A DNA stretch of 46,165 nt, taken from positions 1 to 46,165 of IMG/VR virus record IMGVR_UViG_3300020045_003071; one strand, written 5' to 3'. Source of the stretch: a virus. Lineage: Duplodnaviria; Caudoviricetes. Numbering within the stretch: the first letter of the stretch is position 1; each line of letters opens with the position of its first letter. Below, in pieces: positions 24,238 through 35,131 of this stretch. A model generated the notes under the pieces. That model was not told the origin of the DNA. It ran no database searches and saw only the letters and a program-made list of their open reading frames with translations. A program made the position numbers and the translations under genes.

Positions 24238-26901
24238 TTATAACTGTTTTATTTTATTGATACTCTTTAGCATGTCATTCCAGTCTTTGAATGCTCTGAT
24301 AGAGTTGTCTGGCATGTGAGCATACATCAGGTAGTCATCAATATTATTATCTAGCTTACCATTACGTATATCATCTATTATTACATTGATAGCTTTTAGT
24401 TTAGAAGCATCAGTAGGTTTACCTTCTTTGTAGTCTCTGTATTGCTTACCATCTTTAGCTTGGAACGCAGGATACTTAGCGTTCTTCTTGTGTTCAAGTA
24501 CTATGTCAGCAACACTCTTACCTTTCCATTCATGGTTCTCCATTCTGTTAAGTACGATGTTAGCGATTGTCTTAGCTTCAAGGATTTGCTTATCAAGCGG
24601 TCTGTTAGATATTTCTCCATAGATGATAGCTGCAAGTTCTTCGAGATCCTTCTCTTTAGGTTTAGCAACTCTTCCTGGAATAGTGTATTCAGTAGTACTT
24701 GCTTTATCTACTACAGGCTTTAGTTTAGATACTTCTGCTTTACCAAGTTTAGCAAGTTTAGTAACTACAGTTTCTTTAGGTTGTTCAGTTACTTTAGCAA
24801 TTTCTTTTACTAATGCTTCTGGTGGTTTTTCAGCTGTGTATTTCTCCTTACCAATACTACCTAACCAGTTAGTGAGTTTCTTAGCCACTGGTACAAACTC
24901 TTGAGAAGTAGGATCATCTTCTGGTTTAAGAACCATAGCAATAGGAGTACCAGCCATTAAACCTGTCTTTAGTGGAGTACCATCAGTAAATCCTTTAGCT
25001 ATATCAGCTTCTTGCGTAGGAGATACTTTAATTGGAGTATTACTAATAGCTTGCTTCTCACCAGTACCTAGTAGTGGTCTTTTATTTCTCTCTAGTGTAT
25101 CAGTAAGTTTACTAACAGCACTTAATTTATCTGCTGTGTATTGTTTGTTAGCTTTAGTGTAATCCTTACTAATATTAGCAAGAGTCTTAGCTATACGTCT
25201 TTCACCTGCACGTTCTACTCCTTTATCTTTAATCATACTAACAACACGTTCTGTTTCTCCAAGTAGTTCATTGCGTGGTATAGACTTAACTTTACCTAAC
25301 ATCTTATCATACAAAGCATTAGTCTTCATCTTAAGCATTCTCTTCTGGATTCCTTCTGACAGCATTGAGAAAGCAATACCTTGTACTGGGTTACCTCCTG
25401 ATAATGCAAATCCTGATAGCATGTTGAGTAGCTTAGATGTGTTACCACCTGGTATGCTACCTAAAAACTTCATATACTCTTCTGCCATCTTTGTCTTAGC
25501 GTAAGTAGCATCAAGCTGTCTAAGGTGGTTAATTATACTCTTTGACGTAGCGTCTAGTCCTTCTTTCGTGATAGCCTTATCAAGATTTCTACGTAGAATA
25601 TTACCTACAGCAGTATCTAACTTACCACCAAAAGTTTCTTTACCCCAACCTTCGTTAGCATTAATCTTCATGTTATACATGTCTCCAACATCAAAACTCT
25701 TACCTCTCGGAAGTTGTGCGAGACGAGCATCAACATCGTCTGTGAGCTTCTTCATAGCTCTATTAAGTTCATCTCCACGAGTACCAGTCTGGTATAATTC
25801 TGTTTTGATTTCGTTAATTATTTTATTCCTATCAAAAGGAAGTATGTCTGTTTTTGTACTATCTAGTTCACTAAACAATTTCTTATATGAATTAGCTACT
25901 TCGTCTTGAACAGATTTTGTATTGGCATAACTGGCCCCAAATGGAACTGCAGGGTCTGTTGGTGGAACAGCAAGCTCTGTAAATGCGTCTCTTTGAGCGC
26001 TCTTTGTTTGTTCTTGCTTAATGTTCTTCTTAATCTGTGATGTACCTCTAGCTTTTTCAATACCAGTGTTCTCATAGTCAAGGAGAGATGCTCTTCTATT
26101 TTCAACTGCCTTATCAAGGTTTGCATCATCTAAACCATTCTCCTTAAGCATGGTCTTGTATTCTGGGGTATTTTTAACAGCATTAGCTTCAGCTGTTTTA
26201 CCTTCAGAAGACAATATGTTTACTTCGTCTACCATTTCTGAAAGTGTCTTTCTTCCTGTAGCAGCATTAAATCCTTTAGCAATAACAGGGCTAGCAGCTC
26301 CTAGTAAAGCATTACCTCCAGCATACATCAAAGCGTTCTTACCAGAACCCATAACTAAATCACCAGCAGATTCTGTTGGGTTCTCTCCTACGTAAGCACC
26401 AGCTCCTGCCAATGCTGCGGTTGGAGTACCAGCAATAGCACCTCTACCCATTTGTCCGAGTAGTGAACGAGCCCCAGTAGCACCTTCTTTAAGTCCAACT
26501 TTACCAAGACCACCAGCACCTCCTGTAGCTAACATACCGTAAATTTCAGCAGCAGTACCAGCTGTTTGTAACACTGTATCACCGTAAGATAGTCTATTAC
26601 CTTGAGCATCATAACCAAGTCCACTCACATTCTCACCAGTGAACATGTCTGTAGTGTTTGTCTTAGGTTCTACACCAACAAGTTTGTTAAGCTGATTACC
26701 AGCTGTTAAAGCTACACGTTCAAATGGTTTAGCTATACCACCAAGTATTTGCATACCAATACCACTTTCTGGTATTTGTGGGGCACTACCAGCTAATGGC
26801 ATTTCTCCATAGTTAAAAGCGGGTTTAGCTACACCATAAATTTCATCAAGACTTGGTCTTGCTTTCTTTCCATATATTTCGTCTAATGAAGGTCTAGCCA
26901 T
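24238..26901 (-). CDS. Large internal virion (ejection) protein with C-terminal SleB/Hydrolase_2-like muralytic domain
   Basis: Last gene of the structural operon; Gly/Ala-rich helices; LAAIIYGE...IANIVLNR...SVADIV...FQ; N-terminal ARPSLDEIYG twice. Confidence 0.72.
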   Translation of the reverse strand: MARPSLDEIYGKKARPSLDEIYGVAKPAFNYGEMPLAGSAPQIPESGIGMQILGGIAKPFERVALTAGNQLNKLVGVEPKTNTTDMFTGENVSGLGYDAQGNRLSYGDTVLQTAGTAAEIYGMLATGGAGGLGKVGLKEGATGARSLLGQMGRGAIAGTPTAALAGAGAYVGENPTESAGDLVMGSGKNALMYAGGNALLGAASPVIAKGFNAATGRKTLSEMVDEVNILSSEGKTAEANAVKNTPEYKTMLKENGLDDANLDKAVENRRASLLDYENTGIEKARGTSQIKKNIKQEQTKSAQRDAFTELAVPPTDPAVPFGASYANTKSVQDEVANSYKKLFSELDSTKTDILPFDRNKIINEIKTELYQTGTRGDELNRAMKKLTDDVDARLAQLPRGKSFDVGDMYNMKINANEGWGKETFGGKLDTAVGNILRRNLDKAITKEGLDATSKSIINHLRQLDATYAKTKMAEEYMKFLGSIPGGNTSKLLNMLSGFALSGGNPVQGIAFSMLSEGIQKRMLKMKTNALYDKMLGKVKSIPRNELLGETERVVSMIKDKGVERAGERRIAKTLANISKDYTKANKQYTADKLSAVSKLTDTLERNKRPLLGTGEKQAISNTPIKVSPTQEADIAKGFTDGTPLKTGLMAGTPIAMVLKPEDDPTSQEFVPVAKKLTNWLGSIGKEKYTAEKPPEALVKEIAKVTEQPKETVVTKLAKLGKAEVSKLKPVVDKASTTEYTIPGRVAKPKEKDLEELAAIIYGEISNRPLDKQILEAKTIANIVLNRMENHEWKGKSVADIVLEHKKNAKYPAFQAKDGKQYRDYKEGKPTDASKLKAINVIIDDIRNGKLDNNIDDYLMYAHMPDNSIRAFKDWNDMLKSINKIKQL

Positions 26902-26902
26902 A

Positions 26903-28558
26903 TTATAATATTTTAGTTGATGACTCTTTTAAAGCCATAAATTTAGTAAGTTTATCTTGTGGTATTTTTGATAGTGGTGTTTCAGGTGAAACTCCTAGGT
27001 TCTTAACAGCCTGAGCAATATACTGGTTAGTATCATTCTCTGTAGGAGGAGCAAACTTATTAATGAAAGATGCAAGGGTGTGTCCTCTTCCTGTGTCCAG
27101 TTTAATTTGATTAGTAAGAGCTTTAACTCCTGCATCAGGTGATGTGAATTTAGCAAACCCACCTTCACCTTCTACTGCTCCTGCTTGTCCAGCAAATCTA
27201 AGATTACCTGGGTTGTTATTAACAAAACTCAACCTAGATGTTTTAGGTATTTCAATGGAAGCTGAAGTATTTCCAACTGATTTAAAACCCTGTTTGGATT
27301 TATAAGCATCTATTTCTTCTTGTGAATAACCTGCATCTAAAGCAGCTTTATCTGGATTATCTGTAGGTGTATCATAAGCAGACTCATAACTCTTTAGATA
27401 GTCAGAACCTATCTTTTTACCTGTAACTGCATCAATCTGTCGAGCTGTCTCACTTTTAAGATTATCGTACTGTTGTTTATTAGTGCTATACAACGTCTTA
27501 ATGCCTTTAGCAATATTTTGTCTTGCAAGGTCAGTAAGTCTTCCATCTGGAGCTGGTTTATATATCTGTGATAGTTTAAACTGTACAGCTTGTGGTAGTG
27601 TAGAGAAGTAATCAGCTACGTTAGCGTATTCACTTTCACGAACTACTGAGTTAGGGTCTTGTGCCTTAGCAAATAAATACATAAGTGACATATCATCTCC
27701 TGCTGTTGCTTTTTTATCTGGTCGTGAATTAATATCTTTAAGGACATTCTCAGCTGCACCAGATGCTCTTTGAATAATATTAAAATCTCTTACAATAGGA
27801 GAAGCATCAAACTTATCACTAGCTGATTTAACTGCATTAGCTCCATTAACTGATAAACCTGATAAAATACTATCTAATCCATAAGTTGGAGTAGTACTCT
27901 TATTCTTCGAGATATATGAATCTGCTGCATTAGCATACTCACTAAGAGCTTGGTTATATAGCTTGTCGGCAGCCTTTCTTTGATTCATTATTTGGTCTGG
28001 TGAATATTGTACACCTGGTTGCATAGCATACAGTCCAGTGCCTTGAGATGAATGCATAGCTTGTTCCATAGCTAAATCACGATAAGCCTTAAGAGGGTCA
28101 AATCCATCGGTAGTAGTACCAGTAGTAGCTGAACCACTCTGAGACTCTGAAGTACCATATCCAGAGTAACTACTAGTGTTGTCTGTATTCTCATGAGTAA
28201 CGATAGGATTTGTATTAAAATCACCAGTAGCACTAAGGTTAGGATTAATTGGTTCCATTGATGGCACTGTACCTTGTGGTGCACCCATATATGTATCAGA
28301 ACCAAAAGGAGTAGGTGCCCCAGAATTACCAGTTAGCCCTGCATCAGCAGGAGTAGATGGTACAAGTTTTTGTGACATAGCAAGCATTGTTGGATCTATG
28401 TTCTTAGCACCAGCTAAGTAGTTATCAACAGCACCTAAGTCAAAGTTACTACTTGGAGTCGATAGTTTGTTAAGTTGTACAGTTCCTGGTAATTGCCCAG
28501 AAGGAAGAGTTACTTTCTTTCTTTGAATGTTTGCGAGTTCAGATAATGTTATTGCCAT
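26903..28558 (-). CDS. Internal virion (ejection) protein with C-terminal lysozyme-like domain
   Basis: NNNPGNLR...GFAKF...G..AL..Q...TL..FI.KFAP..ENDT.QY motif; DPNSVVRESE motif. Confidence 0.72.
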   Translation of the reverse strand: MAITLSELANIQRKKVTLPSGQLPGTVQLNKLSTPSSNFDLGAVDNYLAGAKNIDPTMLAMSQKLVPSTPADAGLTGNSGAPTPFGSDTYMGAPQGTVPSMEPINPNLSATGDFNTNPIVTHENTDNTSSYSGYGTSESQSGSATTGTTTDGFDPLKAYRDLAMEQAMHSSQGTGLYAMQPGVQYSPDQIMNQRKAADKLYNQALSEYANAADSYISKNKSTTPTYGLDSILSGLSVNGANAVKSASDKFDASPIVRDFNIIQRASGAAENVLKDINSRPDKKATAGDDMSLMYLFAKAQDPNSVVRESEYANVADYFSTLPQAVQFKLSQIYKPAPDGRLTDLARQNIAKGIKTLYSTNKQQYDNLKSETARQIDAVTGKKIGSDYLKSYESAYDTPTDNPDKAALDAGYSQEEIDAYKSKQGFKSVGNTSASIEIPKTSRLSFVNNNPGNLRFAGQAGAVEGEGGFAKFTSPDAGVKALTNQIKLDTGRGHTLASFINKFAPPTENDTNQYIAQAVKNLGVSPETPLSKIPQDKLTKFMALKESSTKIL

Positions 28559-28559
28559 A

Positions 28560-29225
28560 TTATTTTCTTACTTGATAATTAGGATTTTTAAGACGAGAAC
28601 TTAAGTAATCAGCTCCCATTACGTTAGCCGCTTCCTTAGCACCAACATTAAGAGTCCCTTGTCCTCCAAATGGGTTGTACTTTGCTTGTTGTCCTGCAGA
28701 TACTTGTCCTGTCTGATTAACACCATACTGTGTAATCCCTGGCTGCACTCCAGTGTTTCCATACGTATATTCATTCTTAAGTAAAGCATTCTGAGCATTA
28801 CCTGAAGCTGCATTATAAGCAGAACCAAACTTATTATTGTACTGATTAGCTAGTGACTTCTGATTCTCTTGGTAAGCTGTACTACCAAAAGCTCCCTGAG
28901 AAGCTGACTTGTTAGTAAGATTACGTTGTTCATCTGTAAGACCTTGATTAAGCTGGTCAATAGTATTCTGATAATCAGCCTGTGTTTGTCCAAGAGCATT
29001 TTCTATCCCAGCTTTACCATAGTTAGTCTCATTCTGGAACCAAGGATTTAATTGGTCTTTAGCTTGATTAACATAAATCTGACGAATACTGTCAGGTATC
29101 ATGTCTGGTGTTATTGGTTCATTTCCTGTTGTTTGTGCCCACTGACGGTATGCTGTTGGATCTCCAGTCATCATTTGAATATGTTCATTGATTCCTGGGT
29201 GTATTGAAGTACTTGACGTGTCCAT
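28560..29225 (-). CDS. Putative small ejection/pilot protein
   Basis: Q/N/G/A-rich; first of three genes in ejectosome position. Confidence 0.55.
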   Translation of the reverse strand: MDTSSTSIHPGINEHIQMMTGDPTAYRQWAQTTGNEPITPDMIPDSIRQIYVNQAKDQLNPWFQNETNYGKAGIENALGQTQADYQNTIDQLNQGLTDEQRNLTNKSASQGAFGSTAYQENQKSLANQYNNKFGSAYNAASGNAQNALLKNEYTYGNTGVQPGITQYGVNQTGQVSAGQQAKYNPFGGQGTLNVGAKEAANVMGADYLSSRLKNPNYQVRK

Positions 29226-29242
29226 ATATATGTGTTAGTATA

Positions 29243-29656
29243 CTACGAAATTAAATAAAACACAAACATGAATGCTGTGTCTGTTAAAGTTCCTGCTTGA
29301 TTAAAAGTTCTTACTGTTGTAACATTATCTGCAATATTAACAACTGCGTTCACATCTGTAGTTCCTTGTGGTGTAACCATGCAGAGATACTTATTAGATG
29401 GTAGGTTGTGAGTAATCACGTAAACTCCTGTAGAGTGTGTTCCTCCTAGTGTAAAAGAAGAAGGAAGAAAGAAACTACCTTTTGTTTCATTAGAAGCAAC
29501 ATATCCCATACCAATCACAGCTGGCTGTGGGAATGCTGACTGTTTATAATATTCAGGAGTATTAGGATTACTTAAATCTATCTGTGTTCTATTACCCATA
29601 GCTTGCTCTGGTGCTGTAGCTCCTTCTTGTACTTTGTATAAGTTTCTATCAAGCAT
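29243..29656 (-). CDS. Putative tail-associated protein
   Basis: TGVYVITHNL beta-rich C-domain; follows the nozzle gene. Confidence 0.55.
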   Translation of the reverse strand: MLDRNLYKVQEGATAPEQAMGNRTQIDLSNPNTPEYYKQSAFPQPAVIGMGYVASNETKGSFFLPSSFTLGGTHSTGVYVITHNLPSNKYLCMVTPQGTTDVNAVVNIADNVTTVRTFNQAGTLTDTAFMFVFYLIS

Positions 29657-29658
29657 AA

Positions 29659-31230
29659 CTAGTTAGTTCTATATCCAAGGTCATCTAAGACTCTAATCTT
29701 AGGCATAGATACCTTTACAGTCTTACCATTAGTCTGACCATATACTCTAAACTTAATTCTATTAAACTCTTCAGACTGCCATGAGTTAAACGCTGTAATG
29801 TATCTATCACCTATTACACCAATCTCTCTCCATACATTAGGTAAGTCGTTGTTAATCTGATAAGCAACCTTGAGTCCGTTAGCATTCTCTGAAGCAATAA
29901 ATAGTCCATTAGCTCTATGGTCATGAGACTCTGGGATCTCTGGCTCAAAGTTCATCCAGTTAGTTTGGAACTCTACTGGAATAGGGATAGTCCCCCAGTC
30001 AGGTGTAATAGCTGAGTTCTCTGTAGATGGAGTAAATACATTAAATGTACCTGCATATCGTGTTGTAGTGATAGCTCCTGTAGTATCTAAAGCATTACCA
30101 AAGATTACTGTAACTGGTTCTATTGTCTCTGTAAGGATATCAGTACCACCATACGTTGTATAAACAGCTCTACCTATAAACTTAGAGTAAGCACATGAAG
30201 GAAGGAAACCTAGCGTAGAATATATTGTCCACACTTGAGTAGATATTGTATAACGTACATAGTATGTCTTATCTGCTTGATACCCTTGTAGGTTATTACC
30301 TAAACAGAAAGTAACATGGTCAGCGTCTTGCCATCCAAACACTTTAGCATAGTTAGTAGAAGGAACTTTATTTAAAATATCTTTTACTTTAACAGAAATC
30401 TCTTGTGGTTGTCCTCCTGGTTGTAGGAAGAACACCCCAGTAGGATGATAGAAGTAGTAACCATTCTTAGCTCTTACAATACCTTCTTGGGAGTAAGCAC
30501 CAACATAGGCTGTAGGAGCATTATCTAGGTTAGCAGTATTGAATACTTGAAATATATTATTCTGAGTAAAGACATATAAACATCTTTGTGTCTTTATAAG
30601 AGCTGATATAGTATCATTATTCTCTGTTTGTACTTTAATAAACCCAGTACCTCCTGTAGCTGTTGAAGCAGCTCCAGCAATAGGATTAGTATAGTAAATA
30701 TAACAGTTAGAATCCATACCATCAGCCATCCATATTCTCTGGTCAAATCCAGCTGATATAAGATTCATTCCAGTAGGGAATGCTGTACCACCAATAGCTG
30801 TAGGAGTAGCCCCAGCAGAAGCATATAGTAGTTGACCTCCTGATGTAGGTGGGGTCATAAGTACTACGTTAGCAAAGGTATCGTATCTTGCTCTATAAGT
30901 AGCATCTAGTTTACTAGCATCTGATGTAGCTGCACCAAAGTCAGTTAGTTTAGCTGTTCTGTAAGTAGAACCTTCTTGCCATACTACATAAGGACGTAGT
31001 TGAGAGTCGGAGTGTTGATAACATGATAGTACATTAGCTGTAGGCGTTAGACGTGAAACAAGAGGTCTACGAGAAGTCATCATACCTACTGTATCATTAT
31101 GCATATTTTCAGCATAGGAAATAGCAGTCTTTGGTGAGACATAGTGGGATAGTACACCCTCCATTATTACTCCTTCTGAGACAGCCTCATTAGGAACATC
31201 ATAGAATTCTGTTTGCTTCTTTTGTTGCAT
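29659..31230 (-). CDS. Tail nozzle / packaged-DNA stabilization protein (P22 gp10 / T7 gp12-like)
   Basis: Size, beta-propeller-like repeats (LYVFTQNNIF, VGAYSQEGIV, YFYHPTGVF) and position after the adaptor. Confidence 0.7.
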   Translation of the reverse strand: MQQKKQTEFYDVPNEAVSEGVIMEGVLSHYVSPKTAISYAENMHNDTVGMMTSRRPLVSRLTPTANVLSCYQHSDSQLRPYVVWQEGSTYRTAKLTDFGAATSDASKLDATYRARYDTFANVVLMTPPTSGGQLLYASAGATPTAIGGTAFPTGMNLISAGFDQRIWMADGMDSNCYIYYTNPIAGAASTATGGTGFIKVQTENNDTISALIKTQRCLYVFTQNNIFQVFNTANLDNAPTAYVGAYSQEGIVRAKNGYYFYHPTGVFFLQPGGQPQEISVKVKDILNKVPSTNYAKVFGWQDADHVTFCLGNNLQGYQADKTYYVRYTISTQVWTIYSTLGFLPSCAYSKFIGRAVYTTYGGTDILTETIEPVTVIFGNALDTTGAITTTRYAGTFNVFTPSTENSAITPDWGTIPIPVEFQTNWMNFEPEIPESHDHRANGLFIASENANGLKVAYQINNDLPNVWREIGVIGDRYITAFNSWQSEEFNRIKFRVYGQTNGKTVKVSMPKIRVLDDLGYRTN

Positions 31231-31231
31231 G

Positions 31232-32596
31232 TTATTGTACGATTATTTGAGTCTGTCCTGTATAAGGATTACCTAAGATATTAGCAATACCTCTCATGAA
31301 TTTCTTGTAGTCTTGGTCATCTTCTCCGAGTGAGTCATCACGTCTACGTTTAATAGCAAACTTTAAGTAGTCTTTATAGATATCTCTGTAGTGTTCTGGA
31401 ATAGTGTCTGATAAGAAAACGATGTCTTCTATCTTCTTATAGTAGTCAATGTAAAGGTTCTTACCTTGTAATCCATTAGGAATAGGTCTATCAAACCATA
31501 GCTTAGGAACTCCGAGATTATCTTCAAAGACTGTAAAGAAGTAAGGAACTGAGAATGTTGAATATGCCCAGATTTGTGTATTAGCTGGTATTGCTCTAGC
31601 AACTCCTGTACATCCAGTTAAGGTATTAGTAAGAAGATTATTACCTGTATAAGTAACAGTCATAATTAACTGTGTAGGATCATCTGTAGCAACCATCACT
31701 ACACCTTCTGAAGGAAAGTCTCCTGAGTTAGTAACTACTAAAGATGTAGCTCCAATACTTACTCCTGTAGTTAATGTAGTATAACGGTTAAGATAAGCTC
31801 TCTGATTCCATTCTCTCTTGTCTACATACTTAATAGGAATATTAGCAGCTACTGATTGACGAGCAAATCTAGCAGCTAGAAGAGTACGGTTAGTCTCTGT
31901 AAAGTCAATGTTACTTGGTAGAGTAACAAAGTTAGTACCAGCTAACATCTGAATAGGATATTCAAATACTTGTCTCCATTCATTCTGTCTACCAAAACCA
32001 AAAGATGTATCTACAATTCTACGAGCATCATTCAAAGCAGCAATAAAGAAGTCATCATTAAGATCAGTATTACCTACTGATTTACGTACTGATAGGATTA
32101 AAGATGAAGCTGTTGTAGGTCCTAGGTCATTCTGTGACACACCAACACCACCATTAGAGTAGTCAGAGTATTTACCAGTTATAGTATTATAAAATCGTTG
32201 TCTATAGTATGTAGCAGATGTACCATTAACATCAACATATGATGTCTTATCTGAAGTCCACTGTAGAGGAATTGTTGCTATTACTGTAAAAGTACCAGTA
32301 GAAGATGTTGATGATTCAATAATAACTTGGTTATAAGTTACTTGATATACTGGTTCACCTCTCTGATGAGCTAACAAAGATCCAGTTGCAGGTACTGTAA
32401 TACTTGAAGCTGTCTTAGCAGATAGTGTAGCTAGTAACTCTGCATTAGCAGCACCAACAATACCAATAACCATAAGGCCATTAGCAGTTACAAATTGTTC
32501 AGTATTTTCTACTGGTATTACTGTAGTTCCGACAACTATATCTTTTGATAGATATGACGTTCCTACTATGAGTGATTGATTTACGATTATGTCCAT
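31232..32596 (-). CDS. Head-tail adaptor (tail tubular A-like) with extra beta domains
   Basis: LILSVR...ALNDA...V.LPS..D...LWF..P......IDYY.......IPEHYRD pattern; synteny. Confidence 0.65.
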   Translation of the reverse strand: MDIIVNQSLIVGTSYLSKDIVVGTTVIPVENTEQFVTANGLMVIGIVGAANAELLATLSAKTASSITVPATGSLLAHQRGEPVYQVTYNQVIIESSTSSTGTFTVIATIPLQWTSDKTSYVDVNGTSATYYRQRFYNTITGKYSDYSNGGVGVSQNDLGPTTASSLILSVRKSVGNTDLNDDFFIAALNDARRIVDTSFGFGRQNEWRQVFEYPIQMLAGTNFVTLPSNIDFTETNRTLLAARFARQSVAANIPIKYVDKREWNQRAYLNRYTTLTTGVSIGATSLVVTNSGDFPSEGVVMVATDDPTQLIMTVTYTGNNLLTNTLTGCTGVARAIPANTQIWAYSTFSVPYFFTVFEDNLGVPKLWFDRPIPNGLQGKNLYIDYYKKIEDIVFLSDTIPEHYRDIYKDYLKFAIKRRRDDSLGEDDQDYKKFMRGIANILGNPYTGQTQIIVQ

Positions 32597-32599
32597 GAT

Positions 32600-35125
32600 T
32601 TAAAAAGATAAGATGTTACCTACATTACGTTCAATATTGAACTTAGGCCCTCCGTTAGTAAAGTTAGTTGATGATAAAGATGGTATCACAGCATTTGAAG
32701 CAGAGCTGGATGCTGACGTTCCTACTGAGTTTGTTGCAGTAACAGTGAATGTATAAGATACTCCATTAGTAAGACCTTGTACATCTATAATACCTGCAGT
32801 AGCTTTAGTGCCAGTAATACTGCCAGGAGTAGATGTAGCTGTATACAAGGTAATAGCAGCTCCACCATCATTAGTAGGTGCAGTACATTCTACTCTTGCT
32901 GAACCAGTAGATGGTTGAGCAATACCAATACCAGGTGCAAGTGGTACTACTGCAGCTGCTGTATATGTTAAAGGAGAAGCATTACTAATACCATTAGAGT
33001 TAGTACATGTAAGAGTAATATCACCTGAAGCTAATGGTGTAATAGTGAATGTCTGAGCTTCTGAAGTAAGAGTCCATGTAAGTGTTACTGGTGATAATCC
33101 AGTACTACCTACACCTGTTGGTGTAATTGTAATACTACCTAAGTATGTAGAGTTAGGTGTAACAGTAAAGTTAGTACTTGCTGAACGTACACTACCACTA
33201 GTAGGGCCAGTAAATGTAAAGCTAGAAGCTGGTACATAAGGCACTACAGCATTACTAGCAGAACTATTATTTGATGAACCATTAGCATTAGTTGCTTTAG
33301 CTGTAAAAGTATAAGAAACACCATTAGTTAATCCTGTTACTGTTAATGGTGAACTAGCTCCTGATGAAGTGAGACTTCCTGGAGTAGAAGTAACAGTATA
33401 TCCAGTGATAGCACTACCACCATTAGAACCAGAAGCTGTAAACGCTACAGATGCTGTAGTATTTCCAGGTACTGCTGTTCCTATAGTAGGAATGCCAGGT
33501 TCTGTAGTAACGACTAAGTTACCTGCTGAGGTAAATGTATGAACTGTATTAGAACTTACTGTAGTCTTTGTACCACCAGTAGCTGTAATAGTAGATGCTG
33601 TAGGATATGAGATGATAACAGCACCATTCTTAGCATTTTGAGAAGAAGTACTGTTAGCACCAGAACTACCAGAACCATAACCAGCAGAGTTGTATGTAGA
33701 TATAGCAGTACCTCCTCCTGCAGCGTAATCTACTGAAGTTCCTGTAATAGATGAAGTATATCCAGTACCATGAGAGTTCTGAGCACCTGCTGATCCATAT
33801 CCCCCACCACCTCCCCCCCCACCATAACCATAAGCTGCTCCAGCACCTCCTGCATTACCTTGTCCAGATACACCTAATGCACCAGGAATACTAGGACCAC
33901 TAACATTACCTGCTGAACCTCCTCCTGATCCACCTACTTGTCCTGCACTACTACCGTATGCACCAGCACCACCTCCTATGGCTGTATTATTAAAAGCTGT
34001 AGTATTGGAACCAGATTGACCATAAGAGTTAATACCTACACCACTAGCACCTACTCCTATAGCAGGAATAACATAAGTACCTTCTGCTAATGACTCTGTA
34101 GAAACAATTAAACCTCCTGCCCCACCTCCACCTGCATTATTACCACCATTCTCTGAACCACCAGAACCACCTCCAGCTATAGTTAATACAGTAGCATTGT
34201 GTACTGTAGGAGTATTTACTGTATAGTAGAAAGGACCTTCATTCTGAAAACCTGCTGAGTTAGTTACTGTAAGAGTTACTAAACCTTGAGTAGTAGGAGC
34301 AATAGTATAAGTCTGTGGAGTAGCTGATGTGAAGTACAGTATTGTAGCAGACAATCCTGTAGCACCAGGTCCTGAAGGGGTAATGGTAACTGAACCACTC
34401 ATAGATTCACTAGGAGTAATCGTAAAATTAGCAGTAGCATTAATATTACCTGAATTAGAACCTGTAATAGAAATACCCTTATATCTGAGTAGATCAAATG
34501 CTATATAAGAAATAAAGCCACTACCACTACTAAATTTCCCAGCTAGGTATGTAGCACCTGAACCAGTAGTTCCAGTATCAAATATTGTAGTATTAAAAGT
34601 GTATGAAGGACTAGTAGCTCTAGTTACTATAGTGGGAGTTGCTGCTGTATCAGCTATTAATGAGTAAGTACTATTAGTACCTGCCATAAAACTAATCATC
34701 CAATCATTAGCGTCAACAGTAATACCTGATGTTAGTGTAGTGACTTGTCCTCCTACTGTAGCAGAAGCATTTATATTTAAAGGTTGAGATGAACTTACTC
34801 CTGTATAAGATACACCAGATAGGTATGATACTGCTGTAGCACCAGAGCTTATTATATCATGAGTTCCAATGTCAGGATTAGCTAATCCCCATACACGTAT
34901 ACGTTGACAGTTATTAGCAAAAGTCCCTCCTGAAGGGATATAATCATACAAATTACTTAAAGAAACTCCATTATACGTTACTGCTGTAGGAGTATTACCT
35001 TGTGTAGAATCTCCTGGGGTAAGTACAAACAAATATCTATTAGATTTATTACTAATAGTATGAGATAACGTATTTGTACCAGTAAGACCTCCACCTGTTG
35101 AAGTACCATCACAAGTTATTGACAT
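32600..35125 (-). CDS. Virion fibre/adhesin with glycine-rich domain and two fibronectin-III domains
   Basis: GGGG-rich block; NGGSAITGYTVT...VTGLTNGVSYTF twice; start set by the leaderless promoter. Confidence 0.75.
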   Translation of the reverse strand: MSITCDGTSTGGGLTGTNTLSHTISNKSNRYLFVLTPGDSTQGNTPTAVTYNGVSLSNLYDYIPSGGTFANNCQRIRVWGLANPDIGTHDIISSGATAVSYLSGVSYTGVSSSQPLNINASATVGGQVTTLTSGITVDANDWMISFMAGTNSTYSLIADTAATPTIVTRATSPSYTFNTTIFDTGTTGSGATYLAGKFSSGSGFISYIAFDLLRYKGISITGSNSGNINATANFTITPSESMSGSVTITPSGPGATGLSATILYFTSATPQTYTIAPTTQGLVTLTVTNSAGFQNEGPFYYTVNTPTVHNATVLTIAGGGSGGSENGGNNAGGGGAGGLIVSTESLAEGTYVIPAIGVGASGVGINSYGQSGSNTTAFNNTAIGGGAGAYGSSAGQVGGSGGGSAGNVSGPSIPGALGVSGQGNAGGAGAAYGYGGGGGGGGYGSAGAQNSHGTGYTSSITGTSVDYAAGGGTAISTYNSAGYGSGSSGANSTSSQNAKNGAVIISYPTASTITATGGTKTTVSSNTVHTFTSAGNLVVTTEPGIPTIGTAVPGNTTASVAFTASGSNGGSAITGYTVTSTPGSLTSSGASSPLTVTGLTNGVSYTFTAKATNANGSSNNSSASNAVVPYVPASSFTFTGPTSGSVRSASTNFTVTPNSTYLGSITITPTGVGSTGLSPVTLTWTLTSEAQTFTITPLASGDITLTCTNSNGISNASPLTYTAAAVVPLAPGIGIAQPSTGSARVECTAPTNDGGAAITLYTATSTPGSITGTKATAGIIDVQGLTNGVSYTFTVTATNSVGTSASSSASNAVIPSLSSTNFTNGGPKFNIERNVGNILSF

Positions 35126-35131
35126 TGTTAT

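Noticed and set aside
33801-33823. Poly-C tract as phase-variation site
   Set aside because: It simply encodes a Gly run in a glycine-rich domain and the frame is intact.
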